Shown: in pieces, positions 1-7,830 of the stretch
Layout of the letters: every line of letters starts with the position of its first letter
Numbering within the stretch: position 1 is the stretch's first letter
Source of the DNA: Candidatus Saccharimonadota bacterium
GTDB lineage: Bacteria > Patescibacteriota > Microgenomatia > UBA1406 > GWC2-37-13
Reading direction: 5' to 3'
Length of the DNA stretch: 32,000 nt
Assembly: GCA_001790095.1 (NCBI GenBank)
Contig: MGBH01000001.1
Location: 660,001 to 692,000 of the forward strand
Program-made: the position numbers and the translations under genes
Notes under the pieces: model-generated
Seen by the model: the letters and a program-made list of their open reading frames with translations, nothing else
Told to the model about the DNA's origin: nothing
Databases searched by the model: none

Positions 1-1
1 C

Positions 2-436
2 GTTGGCTATGCAATACTATTGGATCCTGTTAATACCAACTATTATAAAAAAGATGTTAGAAAAGCTCATATGAAAACGGGGGAGGAGATTGCTAAAAAA
101 ATTTTAGCTTCTGTCAATTACCCAAAAGATAAATCAAAAAGAATCATAAAGTATGTAGGAATCCATGACAACTGGGCGTTTGGTGAAGTTGAAATATACA
201 TAAATGACAGAATACTTGGAACATTTAAAGACCTCGATTATCTTTGGATCTATACAAAAAAAGGGTTTGATGCAATAAAGAAAGTGCTTCATAAGAATGA
301 AGCAGAAATGTTTAAACAGCTAAAAGATGAGGTTTCACCCATATACGGAAAAAAACCCTTTTCAACTTCCCTCACCCGTACATTAAGGGAGATCTATCTA
401 CAAGAACGAAAAATTGAATATAATTTACTGGAATAA
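2..436 (+). CDS. hypothetical protein, 5' end outside window (possibly HD-type phosphohydrolase C-terminal part)
   Basis: The frame of listed ORF 20..436 stays open back to base 2 (VGYAIL precedes the TTG at 20). TAA stop at 434-436. Only a weak motif hint (GIHDNW) supports the function. Confidence 0.45.
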   Translation, partial: VGYAILLDPVNTNYYKKDVRKAHMKTGEEIAKKILASVNYPKDKSKRIIKYVGIHDNWAFGEVEIYINDRILGTFKDLDYLWIYTKKGFDAIKKVLHKNEAEMFKQLKDEVSPIYGKKPFSTSLTRTLREIYLQERKIEYNLLE

Positions 437-796
437 TTTTTTCAGTGCGTCCTGATTTGCTGGAGTTATCATCTCTTTAAGTATATTAGTGCTTGAGGCG
501 GGTAGAGGAGTGTTCATTTGTTTAAACAAAATGGTCGATATACCTATACTTATACCAAGAGCACAGATCGTCAATAAAAAAGCCATCAATCCTGCTTTCA
601 TATCGTCTTTTGAACCGTCACCAAAAAAAATATATTTGATGAAGTAATATAGTCCAATAGGCGGTAACAGAATGCTCAAAACATATGCTTTTATATATCC
701 TTGACGTGAGGCAAAACTACGTTCTTTCGTGTCTATCTCAAGAAGCGCTTGATAAGCTTCAATATCTTTATGTCCCTCCATGTTTAAATTATACAC
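425..796 (-). CDS. small membrane protein, unknown function
   Basis: 123-aa ORF with two clear hydrophobic helices (YVLSILLPPIGLYYFIKYIFF and AGLMAFLLTICALGISIGISTILF). Its 3' end overlaps the upstream gene convergently by 12 nt. Confidence 0.5.
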   Translation of the reverse strand: MYNLNMEGHKDIEAYQALLEIDTKERSFASRQGYIKAYVLSILLPPIGLYYFIKYIFFGDGSKDDMKAGLMAFLLTICALGISIGISTILFKQMNTPLPASSTNILKEMITPANQDALKKLFQ

Positions 797-871
797 CGAA
801 AAATACTACTTGACTTTTTTATTAATAACTATTACTATTTTTGTATTAGTTAATATTAATTACTAAATATT

Positions 872-1318
872 ATGAATAAAACTTATCTCATCATCGCAGT
901 CGTTATAGTCTTGGGACTCATTGGGTTGTGGTATTTTAACCAACCCTCCTTTTCAACAAACAATGAATCTGCGCCAGCGCAGAGCTCTTCTGCTCCAACT
1001 AGTTCATCATCCTTTAGCAGTCCGGCCACCACCGAACAAGAGATGACGATTGTGCAGGTTGAAGCAGGATCTTTTTACTATAAACCAAGCATCATAACCG
1101 TAAAAAAAGGCCAAAAAGTTAAAATTGTTATGAATAGCGTAAGCCTTATGCATGATTTCAATATAGACGAACTTTCCGTCAAGATGCCTATCATACAAAG
1201 TGGAGGTACGGGCTCTGTTGAGTTTGTGCCGGATCAAGTCGGAACATTTGAGTATTACTGTTCTGTAGGTCAACATCGTGCAAATGGACAAGTGGGCAGT
1301 CTTATCGTACAAGAATAG
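872..1318 (+). CDS. membrane-anchored cupredoxin-like (blue-copper fold) protein
   Basis: N-terminal TM/signal anchor followed by a Ser/Pro-rich linker. The C-terminal domain has a cupredoxin_1-like pattern: KKGQKVKIVMNS..MHDF ... FEYYCSVGQHRANGQVGSLIV (His, Cys, His at canonical spacing). Confidence 0.7.
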   Translation: MNKTYLIIAVVIVLGLIGLWYFNQPSFSTNNESAPAQSSSAPTSSSSFSSPATTEQEMTIVQVEAGSFYYKPSIITVKKGQKVKIVMNSVSLMHDFNIDELSVKMPIIQSGGTGSVEFVPDQVGTFEYYCSVGQHRANGQVGSLIVQE

Positions 1319-1338
1319 GTTGTATAATACCTATATCA

Positions 1339-2313
1339 ATGCGTAAAATGTTTCTGATTGGCTCAATCATAGTGTCTGTTATCTTTATACTTTTCCTGTA
1401 CTATACCTTTTTTGCCGCACCAGGAAGCTCAAAGACTATTGAGATTGTAACCGTCCCTCAATCCTCCTCAAACTTTGACATGATGGATCACCTAGATAGA
1501 AAAGAGTTTATTAAAAATAAACAAGCGTTTCGCCTATTAATGGAATTATTCAAGAAGACAGACCAAGTACAGCCGGGCGGTTATCGGTTAAGTCAGAGTA
1601 TGGATTCATTTCAAATTCTAAAAAAAATCTCTTCACGTCCTGATCTTGTATGGGTTAAGATCGGATCGTGTCTGCGCAAAGAACAAATCGGCGAGATCTT
1701 AAGCCATACCCTTTCGTGGAAAAGTGATGAACTTGATAAGTGGAACACTATATACACTGATTCGCTACCTGAGTATTTTGAAGGCGTTTACTATCCTGAC
1801 ACATATCTTATCCCCAGAGACGAACCAGGGGAAGCCATAGCCAAGCGCCTCATCAACAGATTTAACGAACAGTTCGCCCCCTATGCAGCCCCATACATCA
1901 AGGCCAATATCAGATGGACAACAGGACTTAAAATCGCATCTCTTATCGCGCGTGAGGCGGCGGGAGGAGAAGACATGAAGCTCATATCCGGCATCATCTG
2001 GAACAGACTCAATATCGGCATGCCGCTTCAGATTGATGCAACTATGCAGTATACAGCAGGAAAGGGGAGTGATGGCAAATGGTGGGGGAATATCGACATA
2101 AAAGAAAAACAAAAAGACTCTCCCTACAATTCATATCTTTATAAAGGACTTCCGCCTACTCCCATATGCAATCCAAGCATAGAGTATATTGAAGCGGCTT
2201 TAAACCCAGAAGAGACACCTTGTCTTTTTTATCTCCATGATAAAAATAAACAGATTCACTGCGCCAAAACGTATGAAGAACACCTTGAAAATATTACCCG
2301 CTACTTGGAATAA
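1339..2313 (+). CDS. mltG: endolytic murein transglycosylase MltG (YceG family)
   Basis: N-terminal TM plus YceG signatures: PGGYRL, EGVYYPDTYLIP, ASLIAREAAG, NRLNIGMPLQIDATMQY, SPYNSYLYKGLPPTPICNP. TATAAT at 1323-1328 lies 10 nt before the ATG. Confidence 0.85.
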   Translation: MRKMFLIGSIIVSVIFILFLYYTFFAAPGSSKTIEIVTVPQSSSNFDMMDHLDRKEFIKNKQAFRLLMELFKKTDQVQPGGYRLSQSMDSFQILKKISSRPDLVWVKIGSCLRKEQIGEILSHTLSWKSDELDKWNTIYTDSLPEYFEGVYYPDTYLIPRDEPGEAIAKRLINRFNEQFAPYAAPYIKANIRWTTGLKIASLIAREAAGGEDMKLISGIIWNRLNIGMPLQIDATMQYTAGKGSDGKWWGNIDIKEKQKDSPYNSYLYKGLPPTPICNPSIEYIEAALNPEETPCLFYLHDKNKQIHCAKTYEEHLENITRYLE

Positions 2314-2345
2314 TCAATCTACTCGGTATAATGGATTATAGAAAG

Positions 2346-3377
2346 ATGAAAAAAATATCTGTATTTGTTGTTTGTATCTTTATTGCCATAGCCTCTTTCT
2401 ATCTCCTATATACCAGAAAACCTCAAAAACAGGAAGTTAAAGAAATCCAAGAAAAAAAACTTCCGCTTCTTACATATACGTTTAAGAATCTTAAAAAGAC
2501 TCACTTTCCAAGCACGAAGATTACAATCGAAATGAAGATGGGTGAAAAAACAAATTCGTTTTCTCAGATGTTTTATTTTTCTACTCCATCAAGTCCTGAT
2601 AAAAAAGACATGTTGAGAGTAAGCGGCCTCATGAATCTGCCAAAAAAGAAAGGTAATTATCCTATCATAGTAATGCTAAGGGGGTTTGTACCTGATGATA
2701 TATATGCTCCAGGTATTGGGACCCAACATGTAGCTGAGAGTCTGGCAGAACATGGATTTATTACACTTGCTCCTGATTTTTTGGGATTTGGTGAGTCCGC
2801 ACCACCGTCAAGTGATCCTTTTGAAGCTCGTTTCCAGACTTATACGACGGCACTAACTCTTCTTTCCTCACTCTCTACCCTTAACGAAGCACTTGATGCA
2901 AGTTATTCCGGCACTATTCAAGCTAATACCAATAATATTGGTATCTGGGGACATAGCAACGGAGGACACATAGCGCTTTCTCTGCTTGCTATATCAGGAA
3001 GGTCATATCCGACTGTGCTTTGGGCTCCTGTCTCAAAAACATTTCCATACTCAATTTTGTTTTATACAGATGAATCAGATGATCATGGAAAGGCCCTGCG
3101 GAAAGCGCTTTCGAATTTTGAAGTTGATTATGACACGGAGGCTTTTTCGCCATCCATGTATTATGGATGGATCAAAGCCCCTTTATCCATCCATCAGGGA
3201 GACGTAGATGATGCGGTTCCAAAAGAATGGTCAGATGAACTCGTATCAAATCTGGAAAAAAATAAGATCGATGTGATATATCACACATATCATGCCGACC
3301 ACAACATGTTGCCCTCAAGTTGGTCTCAAGCTGTTGGCAAAAGCATCTCTTTTTATGACGCAAACTTTAAAAATTAA
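2346..3377 (+). CDS. membrane-anchored alpha/beta hydrolase (S9/dienelactone-hydrolase-like)
   Basis: GHSNGG nucleophile elbow with later Asp (QGDVDDAVP) and His (YHADHNM). The listed ORF starts at 2331, but that ATG overlaps a TATAAT box (2327-2332). ATG 2346 (MKKISVFVV...) is preferred. Confidence 0.7.
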   Translation: MKKISVFVVCIFIAIASFYLLYTRKPQKQEVKEIQEKKLPLLTYTFKNLKKTHFPSTKITIEMKMGEKTNSFSQMFYFSTPSSPDKKDMLRVSGLMNLPKKKGNYPIIVMLRGFVPDDIYAPGIGTQHVAESLAEHGFITLAPDFLGFGESAPPSSDPFEARFQTYTTALTLLSSLSTLNEALDASYSGTIQANTNNIGIWGHSNGGHIALSLLAISGRSYPTVLWAPVSKTFPYSILFYTDESDDHGKALRKALSNFEVDYDTEAFSPSMYYGWIKAPLSIHQGDVDDAVPKEWSDELVSNLEKNKIDVIYHTYHADHNMLPSSWSQAVGKSISFYDANFKN

Positions 3378-3391
3378 GGAGCAATCTTGGT

Positions 3392-4096
3392 ATGAAGAAA
3401 GAGTCTTTTATCAAATCAGTGTCTAAAATCATCAAAATACTTGAAAGCAGTGATAAGCTCATCTTTCCAAACAACTCTCTTTTTGAGATGAGCAAAAATA
3501 AAATCTTTACGCCTTTTGGTGACGTATTGCCTCTTCTACTTAAATACAGAAGCCCTCTGAAAAATGATCTCATAGACACACAACTTCTTGAAAAAATGAT
3601 ACAACTGTTGATTGATAAACAGGCTCTTATAAGGCTTAATCATATTGGTTTTTGCTACGCGGTGATCGATCAAGAAAAAGAAAGAAAACGCCTTGCACTT
3701 CTTACAAAGAAAACAAATTTCCATCTATACCAAGAAAAGTCAAACGATTGCTCCCTATGGCTTTTTGTCGGTGATACAAAAAACTGGCAAGATCCTATGC
3801 TTGAATTCCTTCCAGTTGCATCCAATACAAAAGACCGATGGATGATCCATTACTGGCTGCCCCATATCCACATCGACTTAGACACTACCCTCACTGAAGT
3901 AGAAATCGAACTTATGATAGATAAAGTATTTGGAGATAAGATCGAACCCTATCGCTCTGTTGTCATAGATAAGGTTACCTATCTTGTCAGGGCATATGTA
4001 GGTACGATCGATGGAATAAATATCCATTTAGACTTTGCAACCAAGAGGCGAAGGGTAAAATACATGAGGGAAGAGTTGCTTAAAAAGCTCGTGTGA
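3392..4096 (+). CDS. hypothetical protein
   Basis: 234-aa ORF with AAGGAG at 3376-3381, 10 nt upstream of the ATG. No family recognised with confidence; LNHIGFCYAV faintly resembles the VOC/glyoxalase fold. Confidence 0.55.
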   Translation: MKKESFIKSVSKIIKILESSDKLIFPNNSLFEMSKNKIFTPFGDVLPLLLKYRSPLKNDLIDTQLLEKMIQLLIDKQALIRLNHIGFCYAVIDQEKERKRLALLTKKTNFHLYQEKSNDCSLWLFVGDTKNWQDPMLEFLPVASNTKDRWMIHYWLPHIHIDLDTTLTEVEIELMIDKVFGDKIEPYRSVVIDKVTYLVRAYVGTIDGINIHLDFATKRRRVKYMREELLKKLV

Positions 4097-4959
4097 ATAT
4101 GCACAAACATATCATTATCACTGCATCAGATAAGACGTATGGTGATTTTCTTATCAACGGCTGGCTCCATTCGCTTAAGAAAAACGTGGACCTCTCCAAT
4201 ACTGACATACTTGTCATTGATTTTGGTTTATCCACGCAACAAGTAACTACTCTCATCAAAAAAGGAGTAATGATAGAAAAGGGGACTATAAAAAACCATA
4301 TAGTCATCCAGCGTTTTTTAGATGCCGGACGCATACTTCAGTTATCTCAGTATAGCCATTATTCCCAGATCCTTTTTATAGACGGAGGAGATATCATATT
4401 CCAAAAAGACATCTCTTCAGTATTTGAACAGACCCCTCACATCTTTCGTGCGGTTACACTGGAGTTAGAAATGTTCTTTTACGATGTCCATGTAAGGGGT
4501 AAATTTGAGGAAAAGCAGGGGAAAATGATTTGGGAATTTCTCAAAGATAAGCCAGTCATCAATGCCGGAGTCATCTTTGCCCCTAGGGGTTTGTTTATTC
4601 ATCTATGTGATGAAATACGGCGCCTCATCTCCTCAAAAGAGCAGTGGGGAAGCGATCAGGTAGTGGTTAACTATGTGTTATATAAAAAAGGCGTCACGCT
4701 TTTGCCCGCAACTTACAACTACATAATCAATACCGCCAAAGAACAATGCATTCTACGAAACGGGTTATTCTTCACCAATGATGGAAAAAAAGCCGCAATC
4801 GTACACAATGCAGGACGATTTAATTTTATGAGGTCTATCGACAATTTCGGATATGGAAAAGGCAGAAACAAACTCCGGGGTTTTCTCTATCATATAAAGC
4901 GGATCTTCTTCATCGTTCTTGACGCTGTAAAGGCGGTTGCAAAATCACATTCTCCATGA
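4093..4959 (+). CDS. GT8-like nucleotide-diphospho-sugar transferase (tentative)
   Basis: ILFIDGGDIIF (DxD-like), INAGVIF and GSDQVVVNYVL resemble GT8 motifs. The GTG at 4093 overlaps the upstream stop (GTGTGA); ATG 4099 is an alternative start. Confidence 0.45.
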   Translation: MNMHKHIIITASDKTYGDFLINGWLHSLKKNVDLSNTDILVIDFGLSTQQVTTLIKKGVMIEKGTIKNHIVIQRFLDAGRILQLSQYSHYSQILFIDGGDIIFQKDISSVFEQTPHIFRAVTLELEMFFYDVHVRGKFEEKQGKMIWEFLKDKPVINAGVIFAPRGLFIHLCDEIRRLISSKEQWGSDQVVVNYVLYKKGVTLLPATYNYIINTAKEQCILRNGLFFTNDGKKAAIVHNAGRFNFMRSIDNFGYGKGRNKLRGFLYHIKRIFFIVLDAVKAVAKSHSP

Positions 4960-4965
4960 TATAAT
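4957..4965 (+). promoter_or_regulatory. extended -10 promoter TGATATAAT
   Basis: Exact TGnTATAAT immediately after the stop of the 4093..4959 gene. The same 9-mer recurs at 5196-5204. Confidence 0.5.
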
Positions 4966-4974
4966 ATATCTATT

Positions 4975-5189
4975 CGCATGGATTATTTGAACCTGCTTAT
5001 TGAACGGATTTCTTCAGTAGTTTACTACTCTTTGTAAAACGTTTCAGTTTCTTCAAATTGAAGGGGATTATGAACAATTATAGTTTAAGGGTCCTTCCTT
5101 CTGGATCGCCTGGGTTGAGACATACAGTCCAATCAGAGTAATCTAACGGTAAGAATAAGCAGATTCAAATACATCTTCCATGCGTTTTT
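4975..5189 (+). ncRNA. candidate structured small RNA (about 210 nt, unclassified; 6S-like closing stem)
   Basis: CGCATGGA (4975-4982) pairs with TCCATGCG (5177-5184). TATTTGAACCTGCTTATT (4984-5001) pairs with AATAAGCAGATTCAAATA (5154-5171) with one C/A mismatch. A T5 run follows (5185-5189). The unit has its own TGATATAAT about 10 nt upstream. Internal hairpins lie at 5016-5029, 5051-5063 and 5090-5107. Confidence 0.4.
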
Positions 5190-5195
5190 GTGTAT

Positions 5196-5204
5196 TGATA
5201 TAAT
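5196..5204 (+). promoter_or_regulatory. extended -10 promoter TGATATAAT for the 5213 gene
   Basis: TGnTATAAT lies 8 nt upstream of ATG 5213, with no Shine-Dalgarno sequence in between. Confidence 0.5.
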
Positions 5205-5212
5205 TTTGGGGT

Positions 5213-5923
5213 ATGGATAAAATAATCTCAACCCTAAATTCGTATGCCAATCCTCAAAAAGCAAAGATACTTCAGCGTTTTTTCAAAACCGGTAGGGAAG
5301 AGTATGGTGAAGGAGACAGATTCTTAGGTATAGTCGTCCCTTTACAGAGAAAGATAGCAAGACAGTATCAAGATCTCACATTAAACGATGTTTTGTTGTT
5401 ACTCAAAAATCCTATACATGAATACCGTCTTGTAGCACTTCTCATCCTTATTCTTCAATACAACGGGGGAGATGAGAAAACTAAGGATAAAGTAGTTCGC
5501 CTATATCTTAAAAATACAAAATTCATAAATAACTGGGATCTGGTTGACTTATCTGCTCCTCAGATAGTGGGAGAGTATTTGAAAGATAAAGATAAATCAG
5601 TTCTTTATAAAATGGCCAAAACTGATGACCTATGGAAAAAAAGGATTGCTATGCTTTCCTGTTTCACGTTTATTAAAAACCATTCATACAAAGATGCGCT
5701 TACTGTCGCCACCATACTTTTGTCTGACAAACATGACCTTATACATAAAGCTGTGGGATGGATGCTGCGAGAAATAGGTAAACGAAACCAGAGAGTTGAG
5801 GAGGAGTTCCTTAAAAAATATTATCATGTTATGCCACGCACCATGCTCCGTTATGCAATAGAACGATTTGAGGATAAAAAAAGACAATTATATATGTCAT
5901 CAACTATCAAGAGACATCATTAA
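5213..5923 (+). CDS. DNA alkylation repair protein (AlkD/AlkC-like HEAT-like repeat family)
   Basis: Family-typical strings are present: NPQKAKILQRFFKTGREEYGEGDRFLGI, NNWDLVDLSAPQIVG, LWKKRIAMLS and HKAVGWMLREIGK. Confidence 0.8.
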   Translation: MDKIISTLNSYANPQKAKILQRFFKTGREEYGEGDRFLGIVVPLQRKIARQYQDLTLNDVLLLLKNPIHEYRLVALLILILQYNGGDEKTKDKVVRLYLKNTKFINNWDLVDLSAPQIVGEYLKDKDKSVLYKMAKTDDLWKKRIAMLSCFTFIKNHSYKDALTVATILLSDKHDLIHKAVGWMLREIGKRNQRVEEEFLKKYYHVMPRTMLRYAIERFEDKKRQLYMSSTIKRHH

Positions 5924-6386
5924 TAGTAAAAATGACTTTTCCTTTTGGAGTTGTGACAATGATTTTGTCTCCTTTTCTTTTTCCCCGCAGAGCTTTTCCG
6001 ATCGGGGAATAGACAGAAATCTTCCCCCTCATAATATCTGATTCATATCCATCCACAAGATAGACTGTTTTTTCTTGACCATCATCCTCTTCTAATGTGA
6101 CTCTTGAACCCAGGTCTATGTATCCGTCTTTCGGGGGATCAACAACCACGGCGGACCGAAGTATTTTATCAATTCGTCTTATACGTGAATCAATCCTTGA
6201 TAGTGCACTGCGCGCTACCCTATAAGCTGCATTTTCTGAGAGGTCACCCATTTCCCTGGCTCGCTGCAGTTCACTTACCGCTTTGACTCTATTTAGTATA
6301 AGACCATCATATTCCTTCTTTAGGTCTGCATATCCCCCCCTTGTAAACTTTATCTTTTGCATATGTATATTGTACTCTACGGACAT
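5907..6386 (-). CDS. greA: transcription elongation factor GreA
   Basis: Supported by ARE.GDLSENAAYRVAR, the coiled-coil N-terminal half and a C-terminal FKBP-like part (ISVYSPIGKALRGKRKGD). Its 3' end overlaps the 5213 gene convergently by 17 nt. Confidence 0.9.
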   Translation of the reverse strand: MSVEYNIHMQKIKFTRGGYADLKKEYDGLILNRVKAVSELQRAREMGDLSENAAYRVARSALSRIDSRIRRIDKILRSAVVVDPPKDGYIDLGSRVTLEEDDGQEKTVYLVDGYESDIMRGKISVYSPIGKALRGKRKGDKIIVTTPKGKVIFTINDVS

Positions 6387-6759
6387 GTTATTTATGCTTT
6401 ATTTTGCCTCAAAACCGACCTATAAATTGATTCTTAAGATGACTTATAGTATAATATACTATACATATTCAATATGTACTTTTATTTGTGCAAGTCCTGT
6501 TGTGGCTTGTTTGAAGAATAGCTCTTCATAACCGGTCCAAGGGGACAGAATATGTAGTGATGAAAGTCATTGCGTTTTTGTTTTGCATAAAACAAATATG
6601 GCTTTTGTCGCACCTTGACAAGCTTGAGTTTAGGGATTTCAAAGCTTCCATTTTACCAATGATGGAACACATCATTTATAAAGCGGAGGCTTTGAGAAAA
6701 GATAAAGTAGAAGACTACGCTTAAATCGCTTAAATCACAAATAAAAAGGAGTAATAAAA

Positions 6760-7185
6760 ATGGACAAAATCACGCGGATTTTGATTCTGATTTTAATTCT
6801 AAGTTTGGTGGGATGCACCACAACACCAACACAAGAAGCATCGCCAACTCAGTCTACCACCGAAGTTGTCAAAACTACCAAATCAACCTATCTTCCAATT
6901 GTATTCTCTACAAGAAGCGTCGGGTGTATTATTACGAACGCTGAAATTGCAGGGACTAACTACAGCACTGTAAGAAGCAACCAGGACTGTGGTTGCTTGC
7001 TCACAGAATATGACGACGTGGAAGGTAGGCATAATATTTATTTCATCCGCCCTGTTACTGATGCGGGGGTAGGCGTGCCATCCGGCACATACCAAACATC
7101 AGCGAGTGAATCGCTGTGTGATGAAATGGCAGCAGAATTTCAGCAACTTACCGTATCCGTCCCCGCCGCATCTGGTTCAAAGTAG
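6760..7185 (+). CDS. lipoprotein, unknown function
   Basis: Signal peptide with lipobox (LILILILSLVGC) followed by a Thr/Pro/Ser-rich linker. AGGAG lies upstream of the ATG. The gene is visibly less AT-rich than its neighbours. Confidence 0.65.
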   Translation: MDKITRILILILILSLVGCTTTPTQEASPTQSTTEVVKTTKSTYLPIVFSTRSVGCIITNAEIAGTNYSTVRSNQDCGCLLTEYDDVEGRHNIYFIRPVTDAGVGVPSGTYQTSASESLCDEMAAEFQQLTVSVPAASGSK

Positions 7186-7226
7186 TCTTAAGTAGTCTTA
7201 TAAGTTTATGAACTAAACTCAAAGCC

Positions 7227-7345
7227 CAAAAAAATGGAGTCTGTATCTGCCCTAAACAAGCAGATTGGTTGCGGCTGCTATTTTGCAGCCCGCTAGCTTT
7301 TTTTTGCTAGCCATTTTCCCAACCACCACCCAGACTCCTTTTTTT
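7227..7345. terminator. composite bidirectional terminator / multi-hairpin element between convergent genes
   Basis: An A-run plus GGAGTCTG (7236-7243) pairs with CAGACTCC (7331-7338) plus T7. Three hairpins lie inside: ATCTGC/GCAGAT (7245-7265), GCGGCTGC/GCAGCCCGC (7271-7293, followed by TAGCTTTTTTTT) and GCTAGC-T8-GCTAGC (7292-7311). Confidence 0.55.
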
Positions 7346-7363
7346 CGTACCAACATTACTAAT

Positions 7364-7729
7364 TTACTCCGTGCTCATGGCGCTTGTGTCAAGTTCATTG
7401 ATGTTGTCGTCATGGTTTAGATCAAGATCAGATGCATAGATGGGATTGTCACCGTCTTTTGTCTTTCCAACTACTTTATTCCAGCATGGATCAACATGAT
7501 TGCATGGAGATGCTTTACGGATAAGGTCTGCATCTTCTGCATCTACCGCACCATCACGGTTAATGTCTCCTTTCAAACTTGTCTGCGATAGATCACCCTT
7601 TCCATTTGTTGTAGATGAGGCATTATTTGAAGGACTTTTCATAAGAAAGAAAAAACCTATTCCTATGGCAAGAATGACGATGAGGGTTAAAACGATTATA
7701 ACTGCGACCGATCCTTTTTCTTTTTGCAT
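7364..7729 (-). CDS. small membrane-anchored protein with dockerin/EF-hand-like Ca-binding repeats
   Basis: N-terminal TM (VAVIIVLTLIVILAIGIGFFFL). Two repeats are present: GDINRDGAVDAEDADLIRKA and DLNHDDNINELD (DxNxDxxxxxxD pattern). Confidence 0.55.
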   Translation of the reverse strand: MQKEKGSVAVIIVLTLIVILAIGIGFFFLMKSPSNNASSTTNGKGDLSQTSLKGDINRDGAVDAEDADLIRKASPCNHVDPCWNKVVGKTKDGDNPIYASDLDLNHDDNINELDTSAMSTE

Positions 7730-7830
7730 ATGATCAACTAGGAACTCTTAATATATATACTATATATTGTATTTACACCTCTTGTCAATAAACCGGAATT
7801 AAATGTATAATGGTTACGCGAACCTGTTCT

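Noticed and set aside
1007-2112. Antisense and shadow ORFs inside well-supported genes. Examples: 1007..1312, 1765..2112, 2986..3363, 6104..6286, 7500..7733, 9879..10341, 16226..16699, 19666..19974, 22049..22474, 23892..24204 and 27337..27624.
   Set aside because: Each lies entirely within, or antisense to, a longer ORF with recognisable family motifs. Their translations are low-complexity or rich in Cys/Arg/Phe, with no motifs.
5088-5115. SRP RNA helix-8-like motif on the minus strand (CAGGCGAUCC-AGAA-GGAAGGACCC resembles CAGGUCC-GGAA-GGAAGCAGCC)
   Set aside because: The loop is AGAA, not GNRA. The 3' symmetric-loop AGCA is AGGA. The flanking CCC/CCC cannot pair to close the helix. The promoter and T-run also indicate transcription on the + strand.
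6283-6531. Listed ORFs in intergenic DNA (6283..6531, 17045..17272, 18293..18535, 20844..21032)
   Set aside because: They run through promoter or repeat sequence or overlap real genes. They have no start context and give implausible low-complexity peptides. In addition, 17045..17272 is antisense to the four-helix-bundle frame.
7180-7199. Tandem 10-mer AAGTAGTCTT x2 spanning the stop codon of the lipoprotein gene
   Set aside because: It is real, but only two copies with no further structure. It is most simply a small slippage duplication with no evident function.
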